From Takakia lepidozioides (lineage: Eukaryota > Plantae > Bryophyta): a stretch of DNA of 64,000 nt. The first letter of the stretch is position 1. Each line of letters opens with the position of its first letter. The translations under genes were made by a program, and so were the position numbers. Under the pieces are notes generated by a model. That model was not told the origin of the DNA. It saw only the letters and a list, made by a program, of their open reading frames with translations, and searched no databases. This document shows, piece after piece, positions 26,575-38,825 of the stretch. The stretch is taken from assembly GCA_030704615.1 (NCBI GenBank), contig CM060731.1, positions 1,860,001 to 1,924,000 of the forward strand, in the 5' to 3' direction.

Positions 26575-27064
26575 ACGATTTTTGAAAGAGGGCATGATGT
26601 ATGCTTGGGATGCCATGTAGCATGGGGAGGATGAAGGCATGCAGGGGCGATGTCATGCATGAGGGCATGATGGGAGGAGGGATGGGGATGTGGGAGAGGG
26701 CACGTCTCTGTCCTGGCAACGGGAACATGAGGCGCGGGAAAGCATGCCGCGCGGCAGCAGCCGCGCGGTGCGCGGGCATTGGAGCGGGGGGTGGGCGTGG
26801 GGTGGGGGGGGGTCCACGCTGGCAGAACCGGGCCCCTCGCATTCACATCTAATGCTTGGCGAAAGCCCTCCACAAGGAGGGGTGCACGGGCTTGGTCTCA
26901 TGATTTTTGGACCTGCGGTGTGGGAGATGTGGAATTTCAAGTACTTTGGGTCGTTGGATATTCACAAAAAAAATGCAAAGTGGGCATGCCTCGAGAGGAG
27001 AGATATCAAGGGAAAGGTCTCCGGTTCAAATTTGGTCGTAGGCTCTATGGAAAAAAAATGATGT
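26575..27064. repeat. Dispersed repeat into which the chromovirus inserted; continues at 34054-34820
   Basis: 26860-27060 is homologous to 34440-34660 (GGAGGGGTGCACGGGCTTGGTCTCATGATTTTTGGACCTGCGG...). Confidence 0.75.
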
Positions 27065-27069
27065 TATAT

Positions 27070-27796
27070 TGTCGCGCACCTCACTTCGGTAAGTTCCCCT
27101 TCAAGTCATAGTTACTCGCTTTGATGCGCGCGCCTAACTCCCAACCTGGCCGCCAGGGCCAACTTGGAGCTTCGGCTGCTCACCGGGACATAACGGTCCC
27201 CCTTTACTCTTCCACCAGACCCTCCACCAATTTGAGCCTAGTGGAAATTCCCTTTGGTAGATGGCAGTCCGGAATAGCTCCCCACTCCTTGGTCGCTTTC
27301 CGGCTCGCTCGCTTACTCACTAGTTTTCGGTCACCAACGGGCTTGCACCGTTCTCGGGGTTACTACTCCCTATATATACTTCTGTGACTGTCCGCGGGGG
27401 TTTCACAAACAACTATGCCATTTTATGGCGAACCACCACGAAGACCCTTGATCCTTGGTGATGAGTCGCGGTGAGTCTTGGCCCACCCACCACGGCCTCA
27501 TTGGACCGTGATGAGTCCCAAGACTCCCCACGACTCCCACCGCAAGGTCTCCGCCCCATGGTGAGTTCTATGCCACCCCCACTAAGTCCCACTAAGCTAC
27601 CACCACCCCTTGTGGAGCCACCCCCACCGCAACCCGGTGTGCGGGGCTCCACCTAGTGAGCGCCTCCGCCTCCTTGAGTGCCTTGGGCACTCAAGGGTGC
27701 TTCAGCCCCCCGTACCTATCGCTACCACTGCCCCCACCATAGAGGCAGCCCCTCCTGCGTCCCGACCCCCTGCCCTCAAGGCAAAGGGCCGTGATA
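27070..27796 (-). repeat. 3' LTR of the chromovirus
   Basis: Direct repeat of 33321-34048; about 18 substitutions and 1 indel counted by eye. Purine-rich PPT-like TGGTAGGGG lies just upstream on the minus strand (~27801-27809). Confidence 0.95.
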
Positions 27797-28704
27797 CACA
27801 CCCCTACCAACAGGGAGTCGATGTCCTCATCGACTTGTCCATTTTGTAGAAACGAACATCCAAGTTGCGGCGTCCCACATCAAGGAGTTTGTTTCCGTAC
27901 CAAGGTGTCCCATGGCAAAGAACCAAACTCCACACTTGACTCTACTCTCCACTAGCTAGTTCGGCCGACTTCCTCCAAGTCCCGGCCAAGGGTGGAGCTT
28001 CTCAAGCTCCTCCCAGTGCACTCTTCTTGGCCTACTTCAAGGCCAAGGAACGATCCTCCCCGAGGATCGAATCGCCTTACTGCAATAACATTGCTTGCGA
28101 CCGCTCATGATGTCGCTTTTGGCATCACCTTGAGCAAAGGTTCACCTTGAACCCTTTTTGACTAGGAAGATAACCTTGGGCTAACCATGCGCCCCAATCA
28201 CTACAATTGGGTCCGCCTTGGAATGTTGGCCTGAGGTATGGGAACACGCCGAAGCCGCACTACGACTTCGTCCCCAGGCTACACGATTATAGTACGTGAA
28301 CGGAAGCACGTAGCTTCCGCGTTAGCCCGCACTACAAGGCAACCCCCTCGGTAGCACGCAGTTATAGTATGCGCACGCGCTAGGTGCGCACTAGCACGTG
28401 AACTCCCAAGGAAGGCACAAGTTTCCTTGCCCCTTGGATGGGAGTCACCCGATTTCGGCACTACGCAAACACACGATTAATCCAATTTACCTCTCCCACT
28501 TTTGTAAGCTAGCATGCATTCTACACACTAGCCAACCATACCACGCATCACCATTCCAAACAAAATAGGACGCACAACATTTGGAAACCATTTCATTTAT
28601 AACAAAATTTGTACAATACAAGTTTTTTGCAATCGGATTCCTGAGTTAGTTAAGCCACGCTAAGCATGCATTTCCTCCCCCACGATCCAAGGTTGATGTC
28701 TCCA

Positions 28705-31700
28705 TCAACGTTTCTTCCGCTTTTGAGGTCGCCCTTTGAAAGCTGCAACCGCCTCGGATGCGTTTCCCATTTCTGAGGCACGCACCCAAGATGCCTCCAC
28801 ATGTTGATAGCCCTTCCATTTCACGAGATACTCCGTTTCTCGATTCTTGAACCTCCTCGACTTAAGCACTGCCTCCACCTCGTACTCAGGTTCATTTTCA
28901 TGATCCAACAGCACAGGTGGCGAACGCAACACTTGATGCCGATTCGGACGCACTTCATCTTTGAAGTAAGGCTTCAAAAGGGAGACGTGGTATACCGGAT
29001 GCACCTTGTTATTTTCCGGCAGCTCCAATTCATACACATTCTCATTCATAACTTTCCGGATGCGAATGGGTCTCGCATACGGATGTACGAACTTCGGACT
29101 CACTTCCGGAGGTAGTCGGAAATTCTTGTTGTTCAACCAGACCTCCGTGCCTGCCTCAAACTTAACTTCCCTCCGCTTCCAATTCGTCTGCCGTTCATAC
29201 CATTTCCTAGCTTTGGCAATGTTGTACTTTGCAAGCTTCAACAAACGATCGCGTTCTTCCAGCACCGTTGCTGTTGTCGGTTCCTCAACGTCTTGGGCGG
29301 CCCAACTTGTCGGCACCAGAGGTGTTTTTCCATAGACCAATACAAAAGGGGAAACTCCCGTTGCGGAGTGTTTTGTGTTATTATAACAGAACTCTGCCGC
29401 ATCCAAGTGCTCCACCTAGTCCGATTGGTCTGCCGACACGTAATTCCGCAAGATCTGCTTCACCATGGAATTCACCCTTTCTGTTTGGCCGTCCGTCGTA
29501 GGTCGGAAGGCGGTGCTCATCTTGAGCCTCGTCCCCATCTTCTTCCAAAGTGCCCTCCAAAATTTACTCGTAAACTTTGGATCGCGGTCCGAGACAATAT
29601 CTTTCGGGAGTCCATGATGCTTGAAGACGTGGGCGAAGTAAAGTCACCCCGTCTCCTGCGCCGTTGCCGTCTCCTTGGTGGGGATGAAATGGCCCATTTT
29701 ACTGAACCTATCCACCACCACCACCATGATCGCATTGAATCCTTTTGACAGCGGCATAGCAGTCATGAAATCCATCGAGACACTTTCCCAAGACCCCTCT
29801 GGAATCGGCCAAGGTTATAACAGCCCCGCTTGCTTTTTGTACTCGCTCCGGTTTTGTTGGCATGTGGTGCATGTCTTGACATACTCCTCGGCCTCCTCCC
29901 TCAGTTTAGGCCAGAAATACTCTTTCTTCAAGAGTGCCGCGGTGCGCTTGGCTCCGTCGTGGCCTGCAAGCGGGCCATCATGGCATTCTCTCAAGAGACT
30001 ATCTCTGATCCCTCCCTTTGGCATGTAGAGATGCTTTTGCTTATACCGGAGCAGTCCATTTTGCAAGTGGACTGCGATTTAACCCCCATCCTCAAGTCCC
30101 GCATCACGGACTTTGCCATCTCATCCTTCCGGTAAGCCTTCCGGATCTTCCTTTGGAGCGCCGTCTCGCCCCTGTACACCAACAAGAGCTGTTGCTTTCT
30201 ACTTAAAGCATCGGCCACCACATTTTCCCGTCCCGGTTTGTACTGGATATCCACGTCGAACACTGCCAAAGTATCTTGCCACCTAAGTTGTTTTGGGGAC
30301 AACTTAGGCTGCGTGGCAAAATACTTCACCGTGACATTGTCCGTGAACACCTTCACCGGGTTGGAACCAACATAGTGGCGCCAAAGCTCAAAGCAATGCA
30401 CCACCGCCTTCTTTCATTCTCATGCGTAGGCCACCGTCGCTCCACTTCATTCAGTTTCTTACTTTCGTAAGTCACTGGACGTCCATCCTGCATGAGTACA
30501 CCCCCTATTGCGAAGTCCGACGCATCCGTATGAATCTCAAATGGATGGTCAAACTCCGGGATTTTGAGGACTGGAGCTTCCGCCATCCGCTGCTTCAACT
30601 TGGCAAAAGCTTGGCCACAAAAGGTGTTCCATACCCAGACTTTGGATTTACACAGAAGGTTTGACAGTGGCCCCGCGATCTTGGCAAAATTTCTCACATA
30701 CTTCCGGTAATAGGAGGCGAGTCCTAGGAAGGATCGCACTCCCGAGACCGAAGTCGGAGGCTCCCAATCCAAGATCGCTCTCACCTTCTTATCATCCATT
30801 TTGATCCTATCCTGTGTAATCACATGCCCCAGGAACTTCACTTTTGTGACCCCGAATTCGCACTTTGAAGCTTTGGCATACAACTTCCCTTCTCGCAATT
30901 TCTGGAACACCCTTTTGAGGTGCTCTAGGTGCTCTTCCTTTGTTTTCGAGTACACTAGTATGTCGTCGATGTATACGATCACAAAGTCATCCAACCACTC
31001 CTAGAAAAGGCTGTTCATTAGCGTGCTAAAGGTCACGGGTGCATTGGTGAGCCCAAAAGGCATCACCAAGAACTCATACGAACCATATCTTGTCCTGCAC
31101 GCAGTCTTCTCCTCATCTCCTTCTGCCACTCGGATCTGATGATACCCGGAGCGCAAATCGATCCGGCTGAAATACTTCGCTCTTGCCAACCGATCGAAGA
31201 GGTCGTCGATCCTTGGCAAAGGGTACCGGTTCTTGATAGTCACCTTATTCAGGGCCCTGTAATCGACACACATCCGCAGCGTCCCATCCTTCTTGTCTGC
31301 GAATAGCACCGGGGCTCCGTAAGGTGACTTACTCGGCCGGATGTACCCCTTTGACATTAGATCCTTGAGCTGAGTCTTCAGCTCGACCAACTCTTTGTGG
31401 CTCAACCGGTAGGGTGCCTTGGCAGGTGGTTCCGATCCCGGTATCACCTCAATCTTGTGGTCAACTTGCCTTCGCGGTGGCAAGCCGCTAGGTAAATCCT
31501 CCGGCATCACATCCTTGTATTTCTCCAAGATCCCCTTGATCCAATCTGGGCTTGGCTCCCTATCGCCTTCTCCTTTCACTTGTCTTACGTAAAGCAAAAA
31601 CTGGGGCTCGTGTGGCTCCTCCGCGGCCCACTCCCTTGCTGACAGAAGGTTTATTCGCCCTCCCATGGGTTTGGGCGTTTCCGACACTCGTAAAACTTCG

Positions 31701-33319
31701 CCATCATTCCCACATGGCAGCGTGACTACTCTCTTGCGGCCATCTATGACTGCTCTGGATTTGCTCAAAAAGGTCATCCCCAAAATGAAATCCACTCCAT
31801 CGATCTCGTAAATGGTGAAGTTCTCACGTCCCTCCCAACTCCCCAGTTGAAGAGGAACATCGAACGCCAACCTCGTCGCCAATTGTGGTTCTCCTTTGGC
31901 AAAACGCACCTCAATAGAGGCCCCCATGTCACTTGTTGGGAGCCCCAACTTTCATGCCGTTGCCGGTGTCATGAAGGAGTGCGACGCTCATGTGTCCACC
32001 AACAACGGCACGTTAGTTCCGGAAATTATCCCATCCACAAACAACTGACTTCCTTTACGTAGGGCGCCAGTTTCCTGATACAACTCACAAGAGTAGTTGC
32101 CTACCTTGCAAGTCTTGGCGACCACCCCTTCCACCAAGCGGCTGATGGACTCTTCCGACAGCTCTGTGGTCGCCCGAGTCATGCTCAATTGTCGGGGCTT
32201 TGCGCACTTCTTAGCCATGTGCCCGGGCTCCCCGCAATTAAAGCACACTCCATCGAAGGTCATCTTTTGTCCGCCATAAGGCGTCGCACCTGATTTTCCT
32301 TTCGGAGCACCGGGTGTCGTCTTGGCGTGTGAAGGCCCTCCCTTCGATTTCCACGTGCCATTGTCACCGCGTGGCCTATCCCACTTCTTTTCCGGTCGAA
32401 AGGCGTCACCCTCCCGCCGGGTCTTCTTGTGGTTCAGCTCCGTACGGCCTTGTCTTTTGCTCCTAGGGACATCCAAGAAGCATTCAGCCCTCTCAATTGC
32501 CTCATTCAAAGTCTTAGGTGGCTTCTCCTCCAACTTCCGTCTAGCCCATGGGGCCAGTCCTGCCACAAAGTTGAAGACCATTTCTGGTTCTGTCATGTCC
32601 GCAACTTCCAGCAACAGCACATTGAAAGCCTGAACATATCCCCGAATGTCATCTGTTTGCTTCAAATTCCTCATCTTGTCCCGGTCGAGCCAGGACGCGT
32701 TGAGGGGCACAAACTGTCTCTTCATCAGTTCCTTGAACCCACTCCAGTTCAAGGTTTCTGGGTTTGGACCTTGGTCGTGAAGGCGTTTCTGCCACCATTG
32801 TTGAGCATAGCCCCTTAAATAGGTGGGAGCCACTTCCACCCGATCCTTGTCACTCAACTTGGCCGCCCGGAAGTACTGCTCTAGCTCCAAGAGCCAGGTG
32901 TTGAGTGCCTTCCAATTTTGGACGCCCTCGAAGGTGTCGGGTTCCTTAGGCTTCACCTTAAACTTTGCCTTAGTAGAAGTGGCATTAGCCGCCTTCAACA
33001 CGTCTTTCAACGTCCCGCCAAACTGCGCCAACAACCCTTCCCAAAAGGCTGCTGGCATGGGAGGCATCTGTTGGTCTGTCGGAGCTCTCAGGGATTCCTC
33101 GGGCTCCGACTCCTCAGATTCCTCCCGTTCTTGAGCGGCCTCGCTTTCAAAAGCATGCATCGCTTCCTCAAATGGCCGCTTCGGTGACACGTCGCCCCCA
33201 TCGGGCTCACTAGGATAATCATCTTTCGGGCCGTTCCGCTTTCGCTTTGGCTTGCCCGACCCCATGATGAGGCCAAACCCAAGGACGATCGCGTACTGAA
33301 CTCTAAGCTCTGATACCAA
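28705..33319 (-). pseudogene. Chromovirus gag-pol: gag with CCHC knuckle, protease, RT, RNase H, integrase, chromodomain
   Basis: CFNCGEPGHMAKKC; LVDT*ASHS (protease Gly codon turned to stop); [10 protein letters not shown]; MPFGLTNAP; VYIDDIL; HTDASDFAIG; NVVADALSR; CHDGPLAGH...CTTCQ; YEVEAVLKSR...YLVKWKGY...ASWV. Several nonsense changes and frameshifts. Confidence 0.95.
33309..33318 (-). promoter_or_regulatory. Primer-binding site (tRNA-Met)
   Basis: Minus strand reads TGGTATCAGAGC immediately inside the 5' LTR. Confidence 0.9.
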
Positions 33320-33320
33320 G

Positions 33321-34048
33321 TGTCGCGCACCTCACTTCGGTAAGTTCCCCTTCAAGTCATAGTTACTCGCTTTGATGCGCGCACCTAACTCCCAACCTGG
33401 CCGCCAGGGCCAACTTGGAGCTTCGGCTGCTCACCGGGACATAACGGTCCCCCTTTACTCTTCCACCAGACCCTCCACCAATTTGAACCTAGTGGAAATT
33501 CCCTTTGGTAGATGGCAGTGAGGAATAGCTCCCCACTCCTTGGTCGCTTTCCGGCTCGTTCGCTTACTCACTAGTTTTCGGTCACCAACGGGCTTGCACC
33601 GTTCTCGGGGTTACTACTCCCTATATATACTTCTGTGACTGTCCGCGGGGGTTTCACAAACAACCATGCCATTTTATGGCGAACCACCACGAAGACCCTC
33701 GATTCCCGGTGATGAGTCGCGGTGAGTCTTGGCCCACCCACCACGGCCTCATTGGACCGTGATGAGTCCCAAGACTCCCCACGATTCCCACCGCAAGGTC
33801 TCCGCCCCATGGTGAGTCCTATGCCACCCCCACTAAGTCCCACTAAGCTACCACCACCCCTTGTGGAGCCACCCCCACCGCAACCCGGTGTGCGGGGCTC
33901 CACCTAGTGAGCGCCTCCGCCTCCTTGAGTGCCTTGGGCACTCAAGGGTGCTTCAGCCCCCCCGTACCTATCGCTACCACTGCCCCCACCACAGAGGTAG
34001 CCCCTCCTGCGTTCCGACCCCCTGCCCTCAAGGCAAAGGGTCGCGACA
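33321..34048 (-). repeat. 5' LTR of the chromovirus
   Basis: TGTCGCG...CGCGACA inverted ends, a TATATATA box inside, followed on the minus strand by the PBS. Confidence 0.95.
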
Positions 34049-34053
34049 TATAT

Positions 34054-34820
34054 GGCTAAAACGAATTTCAAGTACTTTTTGTCGCTGGACATTAGTTGGA
34101 GCCTCGAGAGGAAAGATATCAAGGGAGAGGTCTCCGGTTCAAATCTGGTCATAGGCTCTGTGGAAAAAAAATGCATTTGGACTTAGATGACATTGGACCC
34201 TTGGGCCAACGGCAGAGGCTACCTTAGAGGTTGCACTTGGGCCTCGACATAGGAGACGCACTTCCATACATAGGAGATTGCACTTGGGCTTAGATGACAC
34301 TTGACACTTGGGCCAATGGCACAGGCTGCCCTAGTCAATATATGAAACGAGACGTTTATTTTGTTTGTTTTGTTTTGTTTTATTTGTAGATTTGAGATGT
34401 CCCCAACCACGAGGCCCGAGCCCTGGTGCTTGGTACCATTGGAAAGCCCTTGACGAGGAGGGGTGCACGGGCTTGGTCTCATGATTTTTGGACCTGCGGT
34501 GTGGGAGATGTGGAATTTCAAGTACTTTGGGTCGCTGGAAATTCTCGAAAAATAGCAAAATGGGAATTCATGAGACAATGGTTGGAGCCTCGAGATGAGA
34601 GATATCAAGGGAAAGGTCTCCAGTTCAAATTTGGTCGTAGGCTCTGTGGGAAAAAAATGCATTTGGACCTAGATGACATTGGACCCTTGGGCCAACGGCA
34701 GAGGCTACCCTAGAGGTCGCACTTGGGCCTCGACATAGGAGACGCACTTGCATACATAGGAGATTGCATTTGGGCTTAGATGACACTTGACACTTGGGCC
34801 AACGGCACAGGCTACCCTAG
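34054..34820. repeat. Tandemly duplicated segments of the dispersed repeat (~34096-34335 and ~34581-34820)
   Basis: Two ~240-bp near-identical direct copies (GTTGGAGCCTCGAGA...CACAGGCTrCCCTAGT). Confidence 0.85.
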
Positions 34821-37668
34821 TGAGGATGTAGAAGGAGGGCATTTTATGACACTCCGTAAGATCCTAAGTCGGGACAAAAATGCCTGCTAGACTATCATGC
34901 CCGAAAATCATCCCCCAAATATAAACAATATTTTCGGACAATTCTCTTCGAAACAGAGAAAAATCAAAGAAACGATCCAAAACTCCATCAACAGCAAACA
35001 AAGCTGGAGGATAGAAGAAAATCAACTGAAATCCAAAGGGTCAACAATGTCTAATCTAGTTCCAGACTCCCTCACATAATACAGTTTAGATAGTTTATTG
35101 TGGTCAGAGATAACTCGTTTCCAAGGGCAGATCGTATTGTCCTGTTGATAGTCCACATTTTAAACCAAGCCTACAACGGCGATGGGCTCTCTTGCTTTGG
35201 CAAAACATAAGCAGAAGGTGAGACTAAGGGGCATGACTCAGCACAATCGGACCAATCGGAGCCTTGACATGGTGTAAGGTCCTTTTGACCACATTTTCTC
35301 CATTGACTTCAACATGTTGCAAAGTCTCTCTCTGCAAGAGAGCCAATAAAAGGCAGTAGCCCTTGGAGATGGAGTGACAATACGCCTACTTCGGCATGAG
35401 GCTTCCTCCTACTTTATTGATTAGTAAGGGTGTCGGTTGATTTTTATTTTTTATTTTTTTGAGAAGGGGGACAAAGCCAAATTGCATTAAAAGATGAAAA
35501 AATAACCTCTAGAAGCCTGGAGGCTTTTACATGGGACAACCACCCAAAAAAAATTTCAATTGATCATGTCATGTCACACTATATAATAGTTATGATTAGA
35601 ATGATAAAGTAAAAATAAAATATTGTTCGGAAGTATGTGAACAATGGTATTGCGTGTTACTGACATGGAGCCGGCACTTTTGAGGGATTTGGAGAAGCGA
35701 GTAAAAGTATGTACTCGAGCCTCATGTTAGTGGTTGTCTACTCGCCTTAATTTTTCATGCTTATCACTTTTCTCACTCACAAAAGATGAAGTTACCCACT
35801 ATCTAACCACTATTGAAGCTGAAATTCGCCTTATATAGGAACAAATTTCTTCTTTTCTTTAAGATTGTTAAAGGAGCGTTGTATCAAGCAATGTGGTTGA
35901 TGTAATGTCTATTATGTTGTTCACATCCTGCTCCTGAACACTGCATGTTTGTTGTTCTATTTGTCTTAGGTGAGAGTGAGAGTAGGCATCTCTAGAATTG
36001 ATTTGAACTGAATGCTTCAAGTTGCAAACATCCTTTTGAAACATGCTAGTTGGGGCCATAGATTGGAGCAGGGCAGAGGAAGCCAAAGTACTCAGGCCAC
36101 TTTAGGGCTACATGTGGCCATTAAAACATCAACTTGTTGAGTTTCTTTTTTCCCTATTTTATGTGTGCCTGTTTTCTTAATTGGCTGCGTTTCACACCAT
36201 GACAGACCTCACTATTGTATGAGCATGGCACGTTTATGAAGAATTTATTGACAAGACCTAATGATGTGACTCTCAACAAGGTTATAAAGGGGCTACAATT
36301 GAGGAGATGACTCAAGGTCAGATCACGGTCGTGTCAGTTTTCTTACATTCTAATCCAATTTTTTTCAGTATAAGAGGAGGTGGAAAGTTTAGCATTTGAC
36401 CTAACTTAGATAGACAATGAATAAAAAGAGAAGAAAATTAAGCCTCTCACAACAGCCTTGTGCAAGACAGTTGGCATCAATTGAACAAGTGCCAGATTAT
36501 AAAAAGCAAAGACTAATTAATATTTTACTCGATATGCTTGTCTAGTGAGTGGACTAATTTATAGGATGCGAAAAATACTACGAATGTGATAATTACATGT
36601 GACTCTACTTGTTTCAATGAACTGGTGAAAAAGTTGTGGCAATAGGGTTGTAGATTGTAAGCCGGTGGGAGGCATATGGTGTAGGTCTAGGGCTACAATA
36701 GATTCTTTTGTAATAGTAACTGCTTATGATCCTCTGTTTTATCTCTTTTTTTTTTTCTTTTTTTTTTGCATGCTATCTTTGACTGTTGTTTCCTCATATT
36801 GATGGTTGTCGTCGGTTCATTCGGCTGTAGTAGTCTGTGCTTTGTTTCTTCAAGGCAATCTTTCTCACCCTCTACAATTTTGTACTTCAATGAGCTGTTC
36901 ATGACTTGAAAAATTATATTTTGTAAAACTTAAGTTAGATGATTGAATGTTAAATCTCAACAAGTACCTGTGGCCGCTCTATTCTTGAAGGAAAGGGAGA
37001 AGATGATGAGCAACTTAGGAACATTTCCAGGAGCGTGGGATATCCGCAAAGCGTTGATAATTCCCAGTTGCTCATGTGCTCTGCTACAAAGGAGGCGTAT
37101 CCTCTTGCCAATCTTCTGAAAGGTGAAACTGTCCATTGACCAAGTGGTATGTGACCAATATATGTCTGACCAGTGACTCGCCCCGTGACTGCCCTTGCAG
37201 CTAGGTTGACGCATAGTGTAACATCTGCCATAAGTAATTGTGATAATGAATGTGGCAATGTAAATATTGGGGCTTCTATTTTCTCTTGTCCATCCATTCT
37301 TTTCATCAACCATGGAAAGGGACGTCCTTATAAGTGTGGTAAATGGTTTCCCTTGAAAATTATGGAGGGGGACCAAATTTTGGACTCATTTTGGATGAAC
37401 AAATATCAGCCACAATCATAATCGATTTTGCATTCTGTCTTGTCTTTCGTTGCATAATCATTATTTACCTATATATGATTAGCATCACATGGCTTGCCGC
37501 TGGGTGGAACAGGGATCCCTGTCTGTGGTGGGATCATTTGTAGAGTATTTCCATCCTGGCTGCAAAGTCTAGCACCAGCCAAGCCATTTCTTTGGGTGGA
37601 GGCTGTTGGTAGGCCCTCAGAACTCCATTTCCTATTATCACTATGTGCACAATGTGCCATGTTAATTT

Positions 37669-38080
37669 CACTACAACAGATGAGCGTTTTTATGACTGCA
37701 CATATGACTATTTTTTCAGTCCTATATGCGTTCATGACTATATCACTCTGCAGTGAAAAAAGCCCTGTCATAGCGACTAGTCTTTAGGACTGCGTTTTGC
37801 AAGTCATAGCCGTGATTGCGTGCGTGGCACCTGGAGTCATGATGTAGAGAGGATGTAGTCACAACTATATGATTTATATATGACTAACTATATGACTACA
37901 TGTCTACAAAGTATAACTCCATTGGAGAGGCGTTAGAGAGACATATGTAGCACTCCGGATGTGACACGTGTCCACATGGACAACATATATATGACCCACA
38001 CGTGGGAAAGAATATCGTATCATATAATGCCACGTTGCCATGATATAGTCATGAATATATAACTTCATGACTAAAGAGGT
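37669..38080. mobile_element. CACTA (En/Spm) terminus with ATGACT/AGTCAT subterminal repeats
   Basis: CACTACAACAGA at 37669 followed by many ATGACT motifs, similar to 42634-43250. No matching other end identified. Confidence 0.6.
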
Positions 38081-38790
38081 TTTTTAATAATAATTTAATT
38101 TAATAAATTAAATCATACATAATTAATTGATTTAAATTCTCATTAAGTATCTAGGAAAATAGAATGGAATCCATTGTTGTCTTTTTTTATTATTTTTATT
38201 TTTGTTAACAAAGAGGGACAGTGGGGGACAGTGGCCTCTAGAACTTTATAGGTAATGGACATAAAATGTCCTTGGATACAAAGAGGAAAAATAACCTCTG
38301 GATAGAGTGCCATAGAGGCTGAAAGAGGAAGACACAGCTTCGGATACCAAGACAAGAAAGAGTAGTAAGAAGGAAGGCAAGCAAAGAAGGGGGTCTGCAT
38401 AGAGCTAAAGAGTCTAGCAGGAAAAGAGACTGCAGCCAGAAACTACTGCCATAACTTGGAAACAAAAAGGCACCGAGCTAAGGAAAAGAACTGAAAATCA
38501 GCTAACAATGTCATAAGAAAGCTGGGCCCTAGGCCTAGCCTTCCACTTCCTAAAAGATCTACAGATGGAGAGACATCCTTGCAGGGGTCGTGCTCTTCAG
38601 CTCAAGACCAACCAATTGATCATCTATCCATGCAGGGTTCTTGTAGCTATCCTTCCACAGGGAATCATATGTAATTTGGAGATTGAAATCCGGCCCTCTT
38701 GGATGAATCTGGACCCATGCACTCTATCCCTGCTCCTTCAGCTATCCATGCCTCTGCACAAATCATGTATATATGTATCATGTATCAGAG

Positions 38791-38793
<3 letters not shown>

Positions 38794-38822
<29 letters not shown>
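38794..38822. repeat. (AG)n microsatellite
   Basis: Perfect GA dinucleotide run. Confidence 0.9.

Positions 38823-38825
<3 letters not shown>

Larger units (their letters stand above)
27070..34048 (-). mobile_element. Full-length Ty3/gypsy chromovirus LTR retrotransposon, inactivated by stops and frameshifts
   Basis: Two ~727-bp LTRs, a TATAT target-site duplication (27065-27069 / 34049-34053), a tRNA-Met PBS, and gag-PR-RT-RH-IN-chromodomain order on the minus strand. Confidence 0.97.

Noticed and set aside
27413-27849. Pro-rich and Gly-rich ORFs repeated three times (also 33571-34154, 58212-58748)
   Set aside because: They lie within GC-rich LTRs; recurrence reflects LTR copies and the frames differ between copies.
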